NCBI GenBank assembly: GCA_042570465.1
Contig: JBHPGO010000003.1
Span: forward strand, 1-56,882
DNA length: 56,882 nucleotides
DNA from: Patescibacteria group bacterium
GTDB lineage: Bacteria; Patescibacteriota; Microgenomatia; PFEM01; JBHPGO01
Reading direction: 5' to 3'
The notes beneath the pieces were generated by a model, which worked only from the letters and a program-made list of their open reading frames with translations, ran no database searches and had not been told where the DNA came from. The position numbers and the translations under genes were made by a program. Below are positions 30,123 to 39,077 of the stretch, piece after piece (within the stretch, counting starts at the first letter, position 1; each line of letters opens with the position of its first letter).

Positions 30123-31175
30123 ATGGACCCCACACTTAACTCAAGACAAAAAAGTATAATTAATGCTCTAAAGAGTAACGGTAAATTGAGTAGAGCTGAA
30201 ATTACAAACCTTCTGTCTAAGACTAAAAAGGTTTCCCGGCCTACGGTTATCAGAGATTTAAACGAATTATTGGCACTTAAAATTGTTAAAACCGAAGGAG
30301 GAGGAAGGGCAACCGTATATAGATTGAGTCAGGAAAATTCGTTATTGCAATACTTTGATGTAGACGATTATTTCTCTCGAGGCTTATATGACAGAAGTGC
30401 AATGAAAAATTTTAATCCTGGCGTATTTGACAGCCTAGCTTCTTTGTACAACAAAAGCGAGATTGCGCTGTGGGAGAAGAGTGTGAAAGAATTTTCCAAG
30501 AGATCTCAAAAACTAGACCCCACCATTTACAAGAGAGAGTTGGAGAGGTTTATCATTGAATTGTCTTGGAAATCTTCACAGATTGAAGGAAACACCTATA
30601 CCTTGCTTGAAACAGAAACGCTCATAAAACAAAGAATCCGTGCCAAAGGTCATGCCGAAGGCGAAGCTATTATGATCTTAAATCACAAATACGCTTTCGA
30701 TGAAATGCTTAACAACAAGGAGCGATACAAAAAACTCACGCTTTCTAAAGTAAGTGATCTTCACTCCATCCTTGTTCGCGGACTTGGAGTTTCAGAAGGA
30801 ATCAGAAAAGAGAGAGTGGGTATAACCGGCACTATCTACAAACCCATAGCAGATTCGACCAAATTACACAAAAAATTACTAGAGCTTATTGATCATGTAA
30901 ACTCGGTTGATTACCCTCCAGAAAAGGCACTGATTATCGCAGCAATGGTGGCGTATTTACAGCCATTTGCTGACGGAAACAAAAGGACTTCTAGAATGCT
31001 GGCAAATGCAATATTGCTGGCATATGGTTATTATCCGCTATCTTACAGAGATGTTGATGTGAATGAATACAAGAAAACCATGCTACTTTTTTATGAACAA
31101 AACAATCTCTATCATCTTAAGCGAATATTTATAGAGCAATTGCAATTTGCAATGGACAACTACTTCAGGGTGTGA
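30123..31175 (+). CDS. Fic-family protein with N-terminal HTH
   Basis: QPFADGNKRTSR Fic motif, SSQIEGN. Confidence 0.9.
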   Translation: MDPTLNSRQKSIINALKSNGKLSRAEITNLLSKTKKVSRPTVIRDLNELLALKIVKTEGGGRATVYRLSQENSLLQYFDVDDYFSRGLYDRSAMKNFNPGVFDSLASLYNKSEIALWEKSVKEFSKRSQKLDPTIYKRELERFIIELSWKSSQIEGNTYTLLETETLIKQRIRAKGHAEGEAIMILNHKYAFDEMLNNKERYKKLTLSKVSDLHSILVRGLGVSEGIRKERVGITGTIYKPIADSTKLHKKLLELIDHVNSVDYPPEKALIIAAMVAYLQPFADGNKRTSRMLANAILLAYGYYPLSYRDVDVNEYKKTMLLFYEQNNLYHLKRIFIEQLQFAMDNYFRV

Positions 31176-31301
31176 TCATATACTTGCCTTGCTGTAGCAA
31201 TTGAACCATTCGGATAATATCCAGCAGACGAAGCCCAATAGGACACTATCCGAACCCCATTTACCCCTTGACATTCCATACAATTATTGTATCATTAATG
31301 T

Positions 31302-31535
31302 ATGACTACAATTAACATTTCATTACCAATCAAACTTAAAACACAAGCAGAAGCCCTGGTCAAAGGTGGCTATTATGCTTCTTTTAGTGATCTAGTGAGA
31401 GATTCGCTCCGTCGTTTAGTCGAAAAAAGTAAGTATGATTTATGGTTGGATGAGGCAAAAGAAGACTTAAGAAAAGGCGAGGCTGTAGTTTTAAAATCTG
31501 ATAAGGAGATTGACAACTATTTGAAGGGGACTTAG
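31302..31535 (+). CDS. RHH/CopG-type antitoxin (paralog of 18339)
   Basis: protein nearly identical to 18339-18572. Confidence 0.8.
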   Translation: MTTINISLPIKLKTQAEALVKGGYYASFSDLVRDSLRRLVEKSKYDLWLDEAKEDLRKGEAVVLKSDKEIDNYLKGT

Positions 31536-31536
31536 A

Positions 31537-31797
31537 ATGAGTCAGGTTATTCTCTCCTCCACTTTTCAACGACAACCTAAAAAGCTTGTCAAGAATAATC
31601 CCAGACTGAAAAGCAAAATTAACAAGATCTTAAATTACCTAATCAAAGACATTAGCCATTCCTCACTTCGGCTTCACAAGTTATCTGGAAGAAACAACTG
31701 GTCAATATCGGTAACCCACGATGTTCGAATGATTATTCATTTGGAGGGAAACCAAGTTTTCTGTCTTCGCATCGGTAGCCACGATCAGGCCTACTAA
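31537..31797 (+). CDS. RelE/YafQ-family toxin (paralog of 18573)
   Basis: LRLHKLSG...WSISV...IGSHDQAY. Confidence 0.82.
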   Translation: MSQVILSSTFQRQPKKLVKNNPRLKSKINKILNYLIKDISHSSLRLHKLSGRNNWSISVTHDVRMIIHLEGNQVFCLRIGSHDQAY

Positions 31798-31935
31798 TAT
31801 TTGCAGTTAATCAACGTAAAAACACCCCCCAGAGATGGGTAGGCCACACGTTCTTTGTCTAGATTTCATTTATTTTGGAATGAGACCAATATCTTTGATA
31901 TACTTCAAATATGAACAAAAAGGAGGTGACTATTA

Positions 31936-32217
31936 ATGGCAGGTAAAAAAGATTCATGCAATGAAGAGCAAATCAAAGATTGGATTGAAAAAGGAGTTAA
32001 AAAACTAGAAAACATGGATTGTAAAGATAAAAAAGGGATAAAAAAACATGCTGGTTCTGGAGCGGCCGGGACAATTTGGTTTTTGGGTTTTATCGGTGCA
32101 GTAGTCTATTTCATTCAACAGGCAACCTCTTTTGGAGCAGGACTGATTGGTTTATTCAAAGCCCTGGTATGGCCAGCGTTTCTAATCTACAATTTGTTGG
32201 AATTTCTCAAAATATAA
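31936..32217 (+). CDS. small membrane protein
   Basis: RBS AGGAGGTG; GFIGAVVYFIQQA...KALVWPA. Confidence 0.7.
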   Translation: MAGKKDSCNEEQIKDWIEKGVKKLENMDCKDKKGIKKHAGSGAAGTIWFLGFIGAVVYFIQQATSFGAGLIGLFKALVWPAFLIYNLLEFLKI

Positions 32218-32279
32218 GTAGGTTTTGTCTGGATTTACCTCAAGCTGGCACAAACATCGTTCACGATGGGAAAGCTATT

Positions 32280-32573
32280 CTACCTGGGGGTGGTATTCTC
32301 AGAAATTTTCAATCTCTCAAGTAATTTAAGTGTGACCTTTACAGAGGGATTGTTAGTGTTTTTTAAAACCACGCGATTACCGAATCGCTCAACTAATTTT
32401 GTTATAAACTCATCAGCCCAAGATGGTGTAAAAGTAACAACTTCTTTAAAATCAATTTCTATTTGTTCGTTTTCAACTAAGTTTTGAAGCTGTGGATTCA
32501 TGGCAGCAAGAGCTTCCCGACCGTCTTGCCGAGATGTTAATATATTTCCAAATTTTTTTAGTTCTATCTTCAT
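32280..32573 (-). CDS. STAS-like (DUF4325) protein
   Basis: LTSRQDGREA...IDFKEV..FTPSWADEF. Confidence 0.8.
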   Translation of the reverse strand: MKIELKKFGNILTSRQDGREALAAMNPQLQNLVENEQIEIDFKEVVTFTPSWADEFITKLVERFGNRVVLKNTNNPSVKVTLKLLERLKISENTTPR

Positions 32574-32577
32574 AGTT

Positions 32578-33297
32578 TTAAAATGAGAACAGTGCCAGGC
32601 ACCCACTATAATATACATTAATTTTCTCACATTTTATTTTTTTATCATTTTCACTAATAATTACATTGGCGCTGCCACTATAAAAATTAAGTTTTAATGG
32701 GTTGCTTGTGATTACTTCCCGTACGAACTTAAGTCCATTCCCCCTTGCTTCCGGAGCCCTACCCGACAGGGTTTCTGTAAAGGCTATGTGTAGTGCCTCC
32801 TCGTCATTTTCTATACTAGGCCTTACCCTTCTTAAGGTTCTCAAAATACCCAAACCTCTGTCTGCCAATGCTATTTGTTTTTTATTCACATCAAATCCAA
32901 AAAACACTCCAGGAATATCTGGCCAATTACCCAAATTATGATCATAGGAGTTATTTCCAATCTCCCCTGCTACCGCAACAATTAGAGGGTAGTAATCCTG
33001 TAGGGCTTCGATTTTACCTAAAGCACTTTGTAACTTCGATAATCGCGTTTTAAACTCTATGCTTGTTGGACAATAGAATTCATTTTTTGGTTCTTGAGGT
33101 TTTTCTAAAACCCACTCTACGGCCAGTGCGAAAATATCTTGTTTATAAAGATCTAGATCTAGCTTTGAATAATATCGATGGCCTCCTGGACTTTTTTTAG
33201 CACGAAGCTTTCCACTCTTATCCCAACGTCTTAGTGTATCAATTGACACATTAAGGTAATTAGCTGCTTCGCCTATACTTAGTATTTGTTTTAGCAT
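32578..33297 (-). CDS. MerR/excisionase-type HTH fused to HATPase-like domain
   Basis: SIGEAANYLNVSIDTLRRWD..GGHRYY; EIGNNSYDH, DRGLGI, GNGLK. Confidence 0.82.
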   Translation of the reverse strand: MLKQILSIGEAANYLNVSIDTLRRWDKSGKLRAKKSPGGHRYYSKLDLDLYKQDIFALAVEWVLEKPQEPKNEFYCPTSIEFKTRLSKLQSALGKIEALQDYYPLIVAVAGEIGNNSYDHNLGNWPDIPGVFFGFDVNKKQIALADRGLGILRTLRRVRPSIENDEEALHIAFTETLSGRAPEARGNGLKFVREVITSNPLKLNFYSGSANVIISENDKKIKCEKINVYYSGCLALFSF

Positions 33298-33575
33298 AAA
33301 TCTATGTATTATTTATACCATAATTAACATATCTATGCAAGTAAATACCAAATCTATGCAAATTCTGTCGCCAACAGCGATGAACTCGTTAATTGCATAA
33401 AACTCGAAGTCGCCTGCCACTCATAGCTCTCACCCTTCTTTCAAAAATAATCCTTCATTTTCCAAGCTTAGAAATCCGTCATATAGCGGAGATAATTTTT
33501 TTGAATAAGTCGCGATACATTCCGGAATCTTAAGATATTTAGGAGTTGATTGTAAGCAAATGGTAAAATTCTGCC

Positions 33576-34550
33576 ATGGAAAGACTAAGACCAAAAAACA
33601 TTAAACGAGCAGCAACAGAGATGGTCATTAGGGAAATCGTCAATAACCTAGACCATTTTAAAGATCTTTTCTACCTTGATTTTCCTCTAGAACGAGTCGA
33701 AAAGGTTGGAGATTTAGTTGCTGACGGGGCTCTGGTGGCCTTGGTAAGCAACCACCAAAGCCACCCTGACGGCTTAGTTCATGCTTGGGCTGCTGAGACT
33801 TTGACCGCCTTCACCAATAGAGCCATTTTAAGGGCAGGAGATGACCGCCCTCTGTTTCCAGGCTTTGTCGGTCCCATGGCTGCCTCGGTAGCAAGCGGCA
33901 AACAAGGAGTCCCGCTTGAGCTTTTTTACCAATTTAGTGAAGATTGGTTTAAAAAACGTTCTCTGAAATATGTCCCAGTCTCCAGAGAAAAATACACAGA
34001 AGCAGGTGAAAAGTCTAAAGTTCCGAACGAACAGAAATGGCTCACAAGGCAAATTAAGGCCGGAGTTGGTTTGTCAATTTTCCCTGGAGGAACTATTAAT
34101 CCAGGCAGACTTGAGCACGAGGGCATCCTGGAACGCCTGACTCTAGGCAATCAACGCAATGGGCTCGACAGAATACAAAAACAAACCTTACTGAGTCAAT
34201 ATGTTCTTTTTGCCAGGCAAAAAAAACGAGACCTGGTCTTAGTCTGTCTCGGAATTTCAGAAACCTCCGGAGTTTTCAGCCCTAACTACAGAATGCCCAC
34301 TCTTGCCGCCATAACAAATCATTGGCACAATCGTAGACGCAATCCCAACACCACCCCATCCACCCATATAGCCAGGGCAACCATGGGCGAACCCTTTATG
34401 GCAACAGAACTACAGTACCCTGACTATGAAGGAACTAAGGCACCACTTAAAGTTCACTGTGCCATTAATAATCAGCTTCTTGAACTCACCAGTCAATATA
34501 TTCCTCCGGGAGAAAGGGGCGTCTTCAAAACACCAGTAACTGGCTCCTAA
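33576..34550 (+). CDS. PlsC-like glycerolipid acyltransferase family protein
   Basis: SNHQSHPD (HX4D) and SIFPGGT motifs. Confidence 0.6.
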   Translation: MERLRPKNIKRAATEMVIREIVNNLDHFKDLFYLDFPLERVEKVGDLVADGALVALVSNHQSHPDGLVHAWAAETLTAFTNRAILRAGDDRPLFPGFVGPMAASVASGKQGVPLELFYQFSEDWFKKRSLKYVPVSREKYTEAGEKSKVPNEQKWLTRQIKAGVGLSIFPGGTINPGRLEHEGILERLTLGNQRNGLDRIQKQTLLSQYVLFARQKKRDLVLVCLGISETSGVFSPNYRMPTLAAITNHWHNRRRNPNTTPSTHIARATMGEPFMATELQYPDYEGTKAPLKVHCAINNQLLELTSQYIPPGERGVFKTPVTGS

Positions 34551-34552
34551 AT

Positions 34553-37084
34553 TTATTTATTTTTCTGCTGGCGGCTAACAATAAATAACCACTTGACCAC
34601 TTCAATCGCCATTAAATTGACAATTCCCACCAATAGGATTATGGCCCAATAGCCAAAACTAAGCGGGGTCGTCCCTAAAAACTTACTTAAAATCGGTAAG
34701 TGTATTCCCCCAATGAGCATAATAAAACCAATCATCACCGAGAGGTTTAAAAACTTATTGGCAAAAATATTGCCTTGCCAAAGATTGCGACGCAAGCTCC
34801 GGCAAGAATAAACATAGAAAAGTGAATTAATTGCCAAACCACCAAAGATAACTGTTCTGATGACGACCAAATCTAAGCCCTTTCCTAAAAGAAGCAAAAA
34901 CAAACCAAGCAACAATAAATCAGTAAAAATTCCGATAATGAAAATTAATATTTTTACTTCTTTGTTTAAGATCGATTCTTCTCTTTTCCTCGGTGGCTCA
35001 GTCATTAAACCTTCTTCTTCAGGCTCAAAGGCTAGGGCCAATCCTGGCAAACCATCCTCGATCAGGTTAACCCATAAAATCTGAACGGCGGTGATCGGTA
35101 AAGGAATTCCCAAAAGCAAAGAAACAGAAATTAAAATTACTTCGGTGAAAGAATCAGACAAAAGATAAAGAATCACTCCTCGAATATTTTCAAAGATCGC
35201 CCGACCCTCATTAACCGCCGCGACAATTGTTTTGAAATTCGAATCCAGTAAAACCATGTCAGCCGTTTCTTTGGCAACTTCAGAAGCCTCCCCCACCACA
35301 ATCCCAATATCAGCCTTTTTTAGAGCCAAAGCATCGTTGACTCCGTCACCCATCATGGCTACCACCTCACCTTTTCTTTGTAAGGTCTCGACAATCCTGA
35401 TCTTATCCTTAGGATCAGTTCTGGCAAACAAAAGCGTTTCTTCAATTTTCTCTTCCAGTTCCTCATCAGTCATTTCAGCTAGCCGATGACCCTCAATCGT
35501 TTCAATTTTTTGGTCACTTTCAACTAGATCCAATTTTCTCAAAACCGCCATCGCTGTTTCTCGGTAATCACCGGTAATCACCTTAATCTTGATCCCCGCC
35601 TTCCGACAAGCCCTCAACGCTTCCTTTACTTCCAACCTAATCGGGTCCTCAAAAGCTATGAAACCCAGCCACTTCAAGCCAAGCTCCTTAGGGCCTAAGT
35701 CTTGAGAACGAGCCTTTCTCAAGCGTCCAAGAGTCGTCTCTAACTTTTTAGTCCCTTGACCACGATTAAAGGCAAAACCAACCACCCTCAAACCAGACGA
35801 AGTATATTTGTCCAGCTTAGCCAACCACCTTGCTTCTTCTTTTTTCTCAAGACCAACCATCCCCAAAATCTTCTCCGGCGCTCCGGAAACAATCAGCTCA
35901 TCCTGATAAAGAGTGGCAATATACTTATTTTTCGAGGAAAAAGGAACTTCACCAATTCTAATATTATTCTTCACCACCTCATCAACCTTTTCTCCTCGGC
36001 CTTGATTTTTTGCCCACTCCCACATAGCCATCTCTAAAGGGTTGGTCAGGTTGTTACATAAAATCGCTGAACGCCAACCAGCTGACTGGTCAGTAAAGTC
36101 TGCCTTGACAACTTTCATCAATCCTTTAGTTAAGGTTCCAGTTTTGTCGGAACAAATCACACTCACTCCCCCCAAGGTTTCAGCCGCCAACAGCTTCCTG
36201 ACCAAGGCCTTTCTTTTCAAAAGCCGCTGCATTCCTAAGCTTAAAATAACTGTCATTGAAATGACTAATCCCTCAGGAATTGCCGCCACTGCCGTAGCGA
36301 CAGCCAGTTCAAACATTTCTAAAAGATCCCTGTTTCTCAAAAGACCCTCCACAAGGATTAGTCCACAAATTGCTGAGAAAACTAAAGTTAATGTTTTTGA
36401 AAAACGACTGACTTTTTTCTTTAAAGGAGTTTCTTCCTCAATCGTCTTTGAAAGCCCTCCGGCAATCTGACCCATCTTGGTTTCCATTCCGGTTTCGGTC
36501 ACCAATATCTTCCCCCGGCCAGAAACAACCACTGTCCCCATGTAGACCCTGTGCAAAGCATCAACATTCTCGAGCTTACTTTTAAGATCTCTGGTTTTAT
36601 GCTTTTGAACCGGCATGCTTTCTCCGGTCAGAATAGCCTCATTAACATGAAGATCAACATTCTCAACAACCACTCCGTCCGCCGGAACCTTTTCTCCGGT
36701 TTTTAAAATCACCAAATCACCAGGAACAATTTGTGAAGCTTCAATCTGAGTTGCCAAACCATCTCTAACAACAAAAGCTCGGGGAACAATCAGTTCTCTT
36801 AAGGCGATTAATGACTTTTCGGCTCTGCTTTCTTGAAGAAATCCTAAAATAGTGTTGACAAAGACCGCCAGAAAAATCACCGTTGAATCTGTCGTTTCAC
36901 CTAGAAACAAAGTTATCAAACCCGCTAAAAATAAAATGTAAATTAAAGGAGACTTGAATTGTCCAAGAAGAATTTTAATCGCCGAAAACTCTCTTTTGCT
37001 CTCAATATCATTAAAACCGTGCTTTTTAAGTAATTGATCGGCCCTTTTTGAGGATAATCCGCTTTCGAGATGATTAATTGTCAT
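34553..37084 (-). CDS. P-type cation-transporting ATPase (type II, Ca2+-like)
   Basis: TGES, PEGL, DKTGTLT, TGD, GDGVND. Confidence 0.95.
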   Translation of the reverse strand: MTINHLESGLSSKRADQLLKKHGFNDIESKREFSAIKILLGQFKSPLIYILFLAGLITLFLGETTDSTVIFLAVFVNTILGFLQESRAEKSLIALRELIVPRAFVVRDGLATQIEASQIVPGDLVILKTGEKVPADGVVVENVDLHVNEAILTGESMPVQKHKTRDLKSKLENVDALHRVYMGTVVVSGRGKILVTETGMETKMGQIAGGLSKTIEEETPLKKKVSRFSKTLTLVFSAICGLILVEGLLRNRDLLEMFELAVATAVAAIPEGLVISMTVILSLGMQRLLKRKALVRKLLAAETLGGVSVICSDKTGTLTKGLMKVVKADFTDQSAGWRSAILCNNLTNPLEMAMWEWAKNQGRGEKVDEVVKNNIRIGEVPFSSKNKYIATLYQDELIVSGAPEKILGMVGLEKKEEARWLAKLDKYTSSGLRVVGFAFNRGQGTKKLETTLGRLRKARSQDLGPKELGLKWLGFIAFEDPIRLEVKEALRACRKAGIKIKVITGDYRETAMAVLRKLDLVESDQKIETIEGHRLAEMTDEELEEKIEETLLFARTDPKDKIRIVETLQRKGEVVAMMGDGVNDALALKKADIGIVVGEASEVAKETADMVLLDSNFKTIVAAVNEGRAIFENIRGVILYLLSDSFTEVILISVSLLLGIPLPITAVQILWVNLIEDGLPGLALAFEPEEEGLMTEPPRKREESILNKEVKILIFIIGIFTDLLLLGLFLLLLGKGLDLVVIRTVIFGGLAINSLFYVYSCRSLRRNLWQGNIFANKFLNLSVMIGFIMLIGGIHLPILSKFLGTTPLSFGYWAIILLVGIVNLMAIEVVKWLFIVSRQQKNK

Positions 37085-37429
37085 TTTATTTAATCTTTGA
37101 AAAAAGATATCTTAGCTCTCTCAAGTCTAGCACAATCAATATTTTCAGGCGGTTAATTTTGAAAGTAAACCAGGTTGTTTCTTCCTTTTTTAAAGAAGTA
37201 ATTTGCACTCGACCTTAAAAACGATTATAATTATTGATTAGTCATTTACAATTAATGGAGTAATTTATTTTAAAACTTCTTTAAAAGTTGCTTTTGAAGG
37301 TTTTTAATAATTTCCTTTTATTTTACCCAACTTTTTTATAAATTAATATTCGGCCAATCTGGTCATTCATGTTCCAAAGCAAAAATCTATTCAAAATTCA
37401 GACCCTTTATAGAAAGGGGGTGATTAATT

Positions 37430-37804
37430 ATGGCAGATACTAAAAAAACAAAAGCAGACGAACCTAAAGCTGAAGAACCCAAGGTTGAAGAACCCAAAGC
37501 TGAAGAACCCAAGGTTGAAGAACCCAAAGCTGAAGAACCCAAAGCTGAAGCTCCAGTCGAGGAGGCTCCGGCGGCAGCGGCTCCAGCGGCCGGTTCACCT
37601 GCAGCGGCTGGAACCGACCAATATGGTCGACAACTTTTCAGTGTTAAGTGCGCTGATTGCGGGCAAGACACCCAAGTTCCTTTTAAGCCAAGCGGAGATC
37701 GACCAGTTTACTGTCGAGACTGCTACATGCAAAAAAGAGGCGGTGGTGGTGGTGGCGGCGGAAGAGGTGGTGGTGGTAATTTCAGGCGAGGACCAGGACG
37801 ATAA
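37430..37804 (+). CDS. CxxC-x17-CxxC zinc-ribbon protein with EEPKA repeats and Gly/Arg tail
   Basis: CADCG..VPFKP..RPVYCRDC; RBS GAAAGGGGGTG. Confidence 0.85.
   Translation: MADTKKTKADEPKAEEPKVEEPKAEEPKVEEPKAEEPKAEAPVEEAPAAAAPAAGSPAAAGTDQYGRQLFSVKCADCGQDTQVPFKPSGDRPVYCRDCYMQKRGGGGGGGGRGGGGNFRRGPGR
37460..37549 (+). repeat. 15-bp coding tandem repeat, 6 units
   Basis: GAACCCAAAGCTGAA/GAACCCAAGGTTGAA units. Confidence 0.9.
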
Positions 37805-37825
37805 AGAGAATCAGGACAAAGAGCT

Positions 37826-37863
37826 CCATAAAACTTATTGTTTAACCACAATAAGTTTTATGG
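37826..37863. terminator. 16-bp stem hairpin between convergent genes
   Basis: CCATAAAACTTATTGT...ACAATAAGTTTTATGG. Confidence 0.65.
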
Positions 37864-37900
37864 TTGTTTAAAAACTAAGTCTAAAGAAATTCAAAAACCG

Positions 37901-38989
37901 CTATTCAAGGTAATCTTGAAGTTTTTTCCGACGACTAGGATGCTTGAGCTTGCGAAGAGCTTTTGCTTCAATTTGGCGAATTCTCTCCCGAGTTACTCCA
38001 AACTCACGACCCACTTCTTCCAAAGTCATTGGCTGGTAACCGTCTAAACCAAACCTCATCTTTAAAACCCTTGCCTCACGGTCAGACAAGGTATCTAATA
38101 CTTCTTCAATGTTTTCCTTCAACAACTGTTTTGAAGCCGTGTCATAAGGAGAAGGTGTGCTGGTATCTTTGATAAAATCACCCAAAAATGAATCTTCGTC
38201 GTCTCCAACTGGCTTCTCGAGCGAAGTTACATCTTGTGCAATTTTAAATATTTCCCGAACTCGCTCAGGGCCCATCTCCATCACTTCCCCAATCTCTTCA
38301 GGTAATGGTTCTCGCCCTAGCTCCTGCATCAACTTCCGTGATGTCCTGATCAACTTATTGATCGTCTCTACCATATGAACCGGAATTCGAATCGTCCGCG
38401 CCTGATCAGCAATCGCTCTTGTAATCGCTTGTCTAATCCACCAAGTTGCGTAGGTAGAGAATTTATAACCCCGCCGCCAATCGTATTTTTCAACCGCCCT
38501 GATCAAGCCTTGGTTACCTTCTTGGATCAAATCCAAAAAGATCATTCCCCGCCCGGCGTATTTCTTGGCGATTGAGACAACCAAACGAAGATTAGACTTA
38601 ATCAATTTTTTCTTGGCCAAAAAACTGCCTTTTTCGATTTTTTGGGCAATATCAACTTCCTGCTCAGCGGTTAAAAGAGGAATTCGGCCGATTTCTTTTA
38701 GGTACATCCGAACCGGATCGGTTAAAGTTTTGTCAGAAAGGGTCGCCAAAACCTCCAGTTCCTTTGACAACTCAGAAGTGGCCTTCTCGTCTTCAGCCAT
38801 TTCCTCTTCAGTCACGGTTTCAAAAACATCGACTCCCTCATTCAAAAACTTAAAATACAACTCGTCCAGTTCTGCAACTCTGTCTTCGGCGTCAGGAAAT
38901 AGATTTAAAACTTCCTCCTGAGTAATGAAGCCTTGCTTTTTACCTTTTTTTAGTAGATCGGTCGTATCGACCTTCTTTTTTTTAGCCAT
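37901..38989 (-). CDS. rpoD: RNA polymerase primary sigma factor
   Basis: [48 protein letters not shown]. Confidence 0.97.
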   Translation of the reverse strand: MAKKKKVDTTDLLKKGKKQGFITQEEVLNLFPDAEDRVAELDELYFKFLNEGVDVFETVTEEEMAEDEKATSELSKELEVLATLSDKTLTDPVRMYLKEIGRIPLLTAEQEVDIAQKIEKGSFLAKKKLIKSNLRLVVSIAKKYAGRGMIFLDLIQEGNQGLIRAVEKYDWRRGYKFSTYATWWIRQAITRAIADQARTIRIPVHMVETINKLIRTSRKLMQELGREPLPEEIGEVMEMGPERVREIFKIAQDVTSLEKPVGDDEDSFLGDFIKDTSTPSPYDTASKQLLKENIEEVLDTLSDREARVLKMRFGLDGYQPMTLEEVGREFGVTRERIRQIEAKALRKLKHPSRRKKLQDYLE

Positions 38990-39077
38990 GAAACTATATT
39001 ATAGCCTACTGGGCCGATTTTATCATATCTGGGGAAAAATTAACCATCACCACTTTGAAACGATCACTTTTAAAAAA

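Larger units (their letters stand above)
16348..33480. mobile_element. tRNA-Asn-anchored island: tandem array of serine-recombinase-type cassettes (right boundary approximate)
   Basis: AGC-core junctions at 16348, 18268, 22252, 23055, 23640, 26003, 27106, (27797), 29871, 31232 with shared half-sites; recombinase remnants; accessory cargo mostly on + strand. Confidence 0.75.

Noticed and set aside
16348-31234. CRISPR array or classical integron
   Set aside because: Spacing is kilobases and irregular, and the repeats are hybrid half-sites. No cas genes, no IntI tyrosine recombinase and no RYYYAAC/GTTRRRY attC hairpins were seen.
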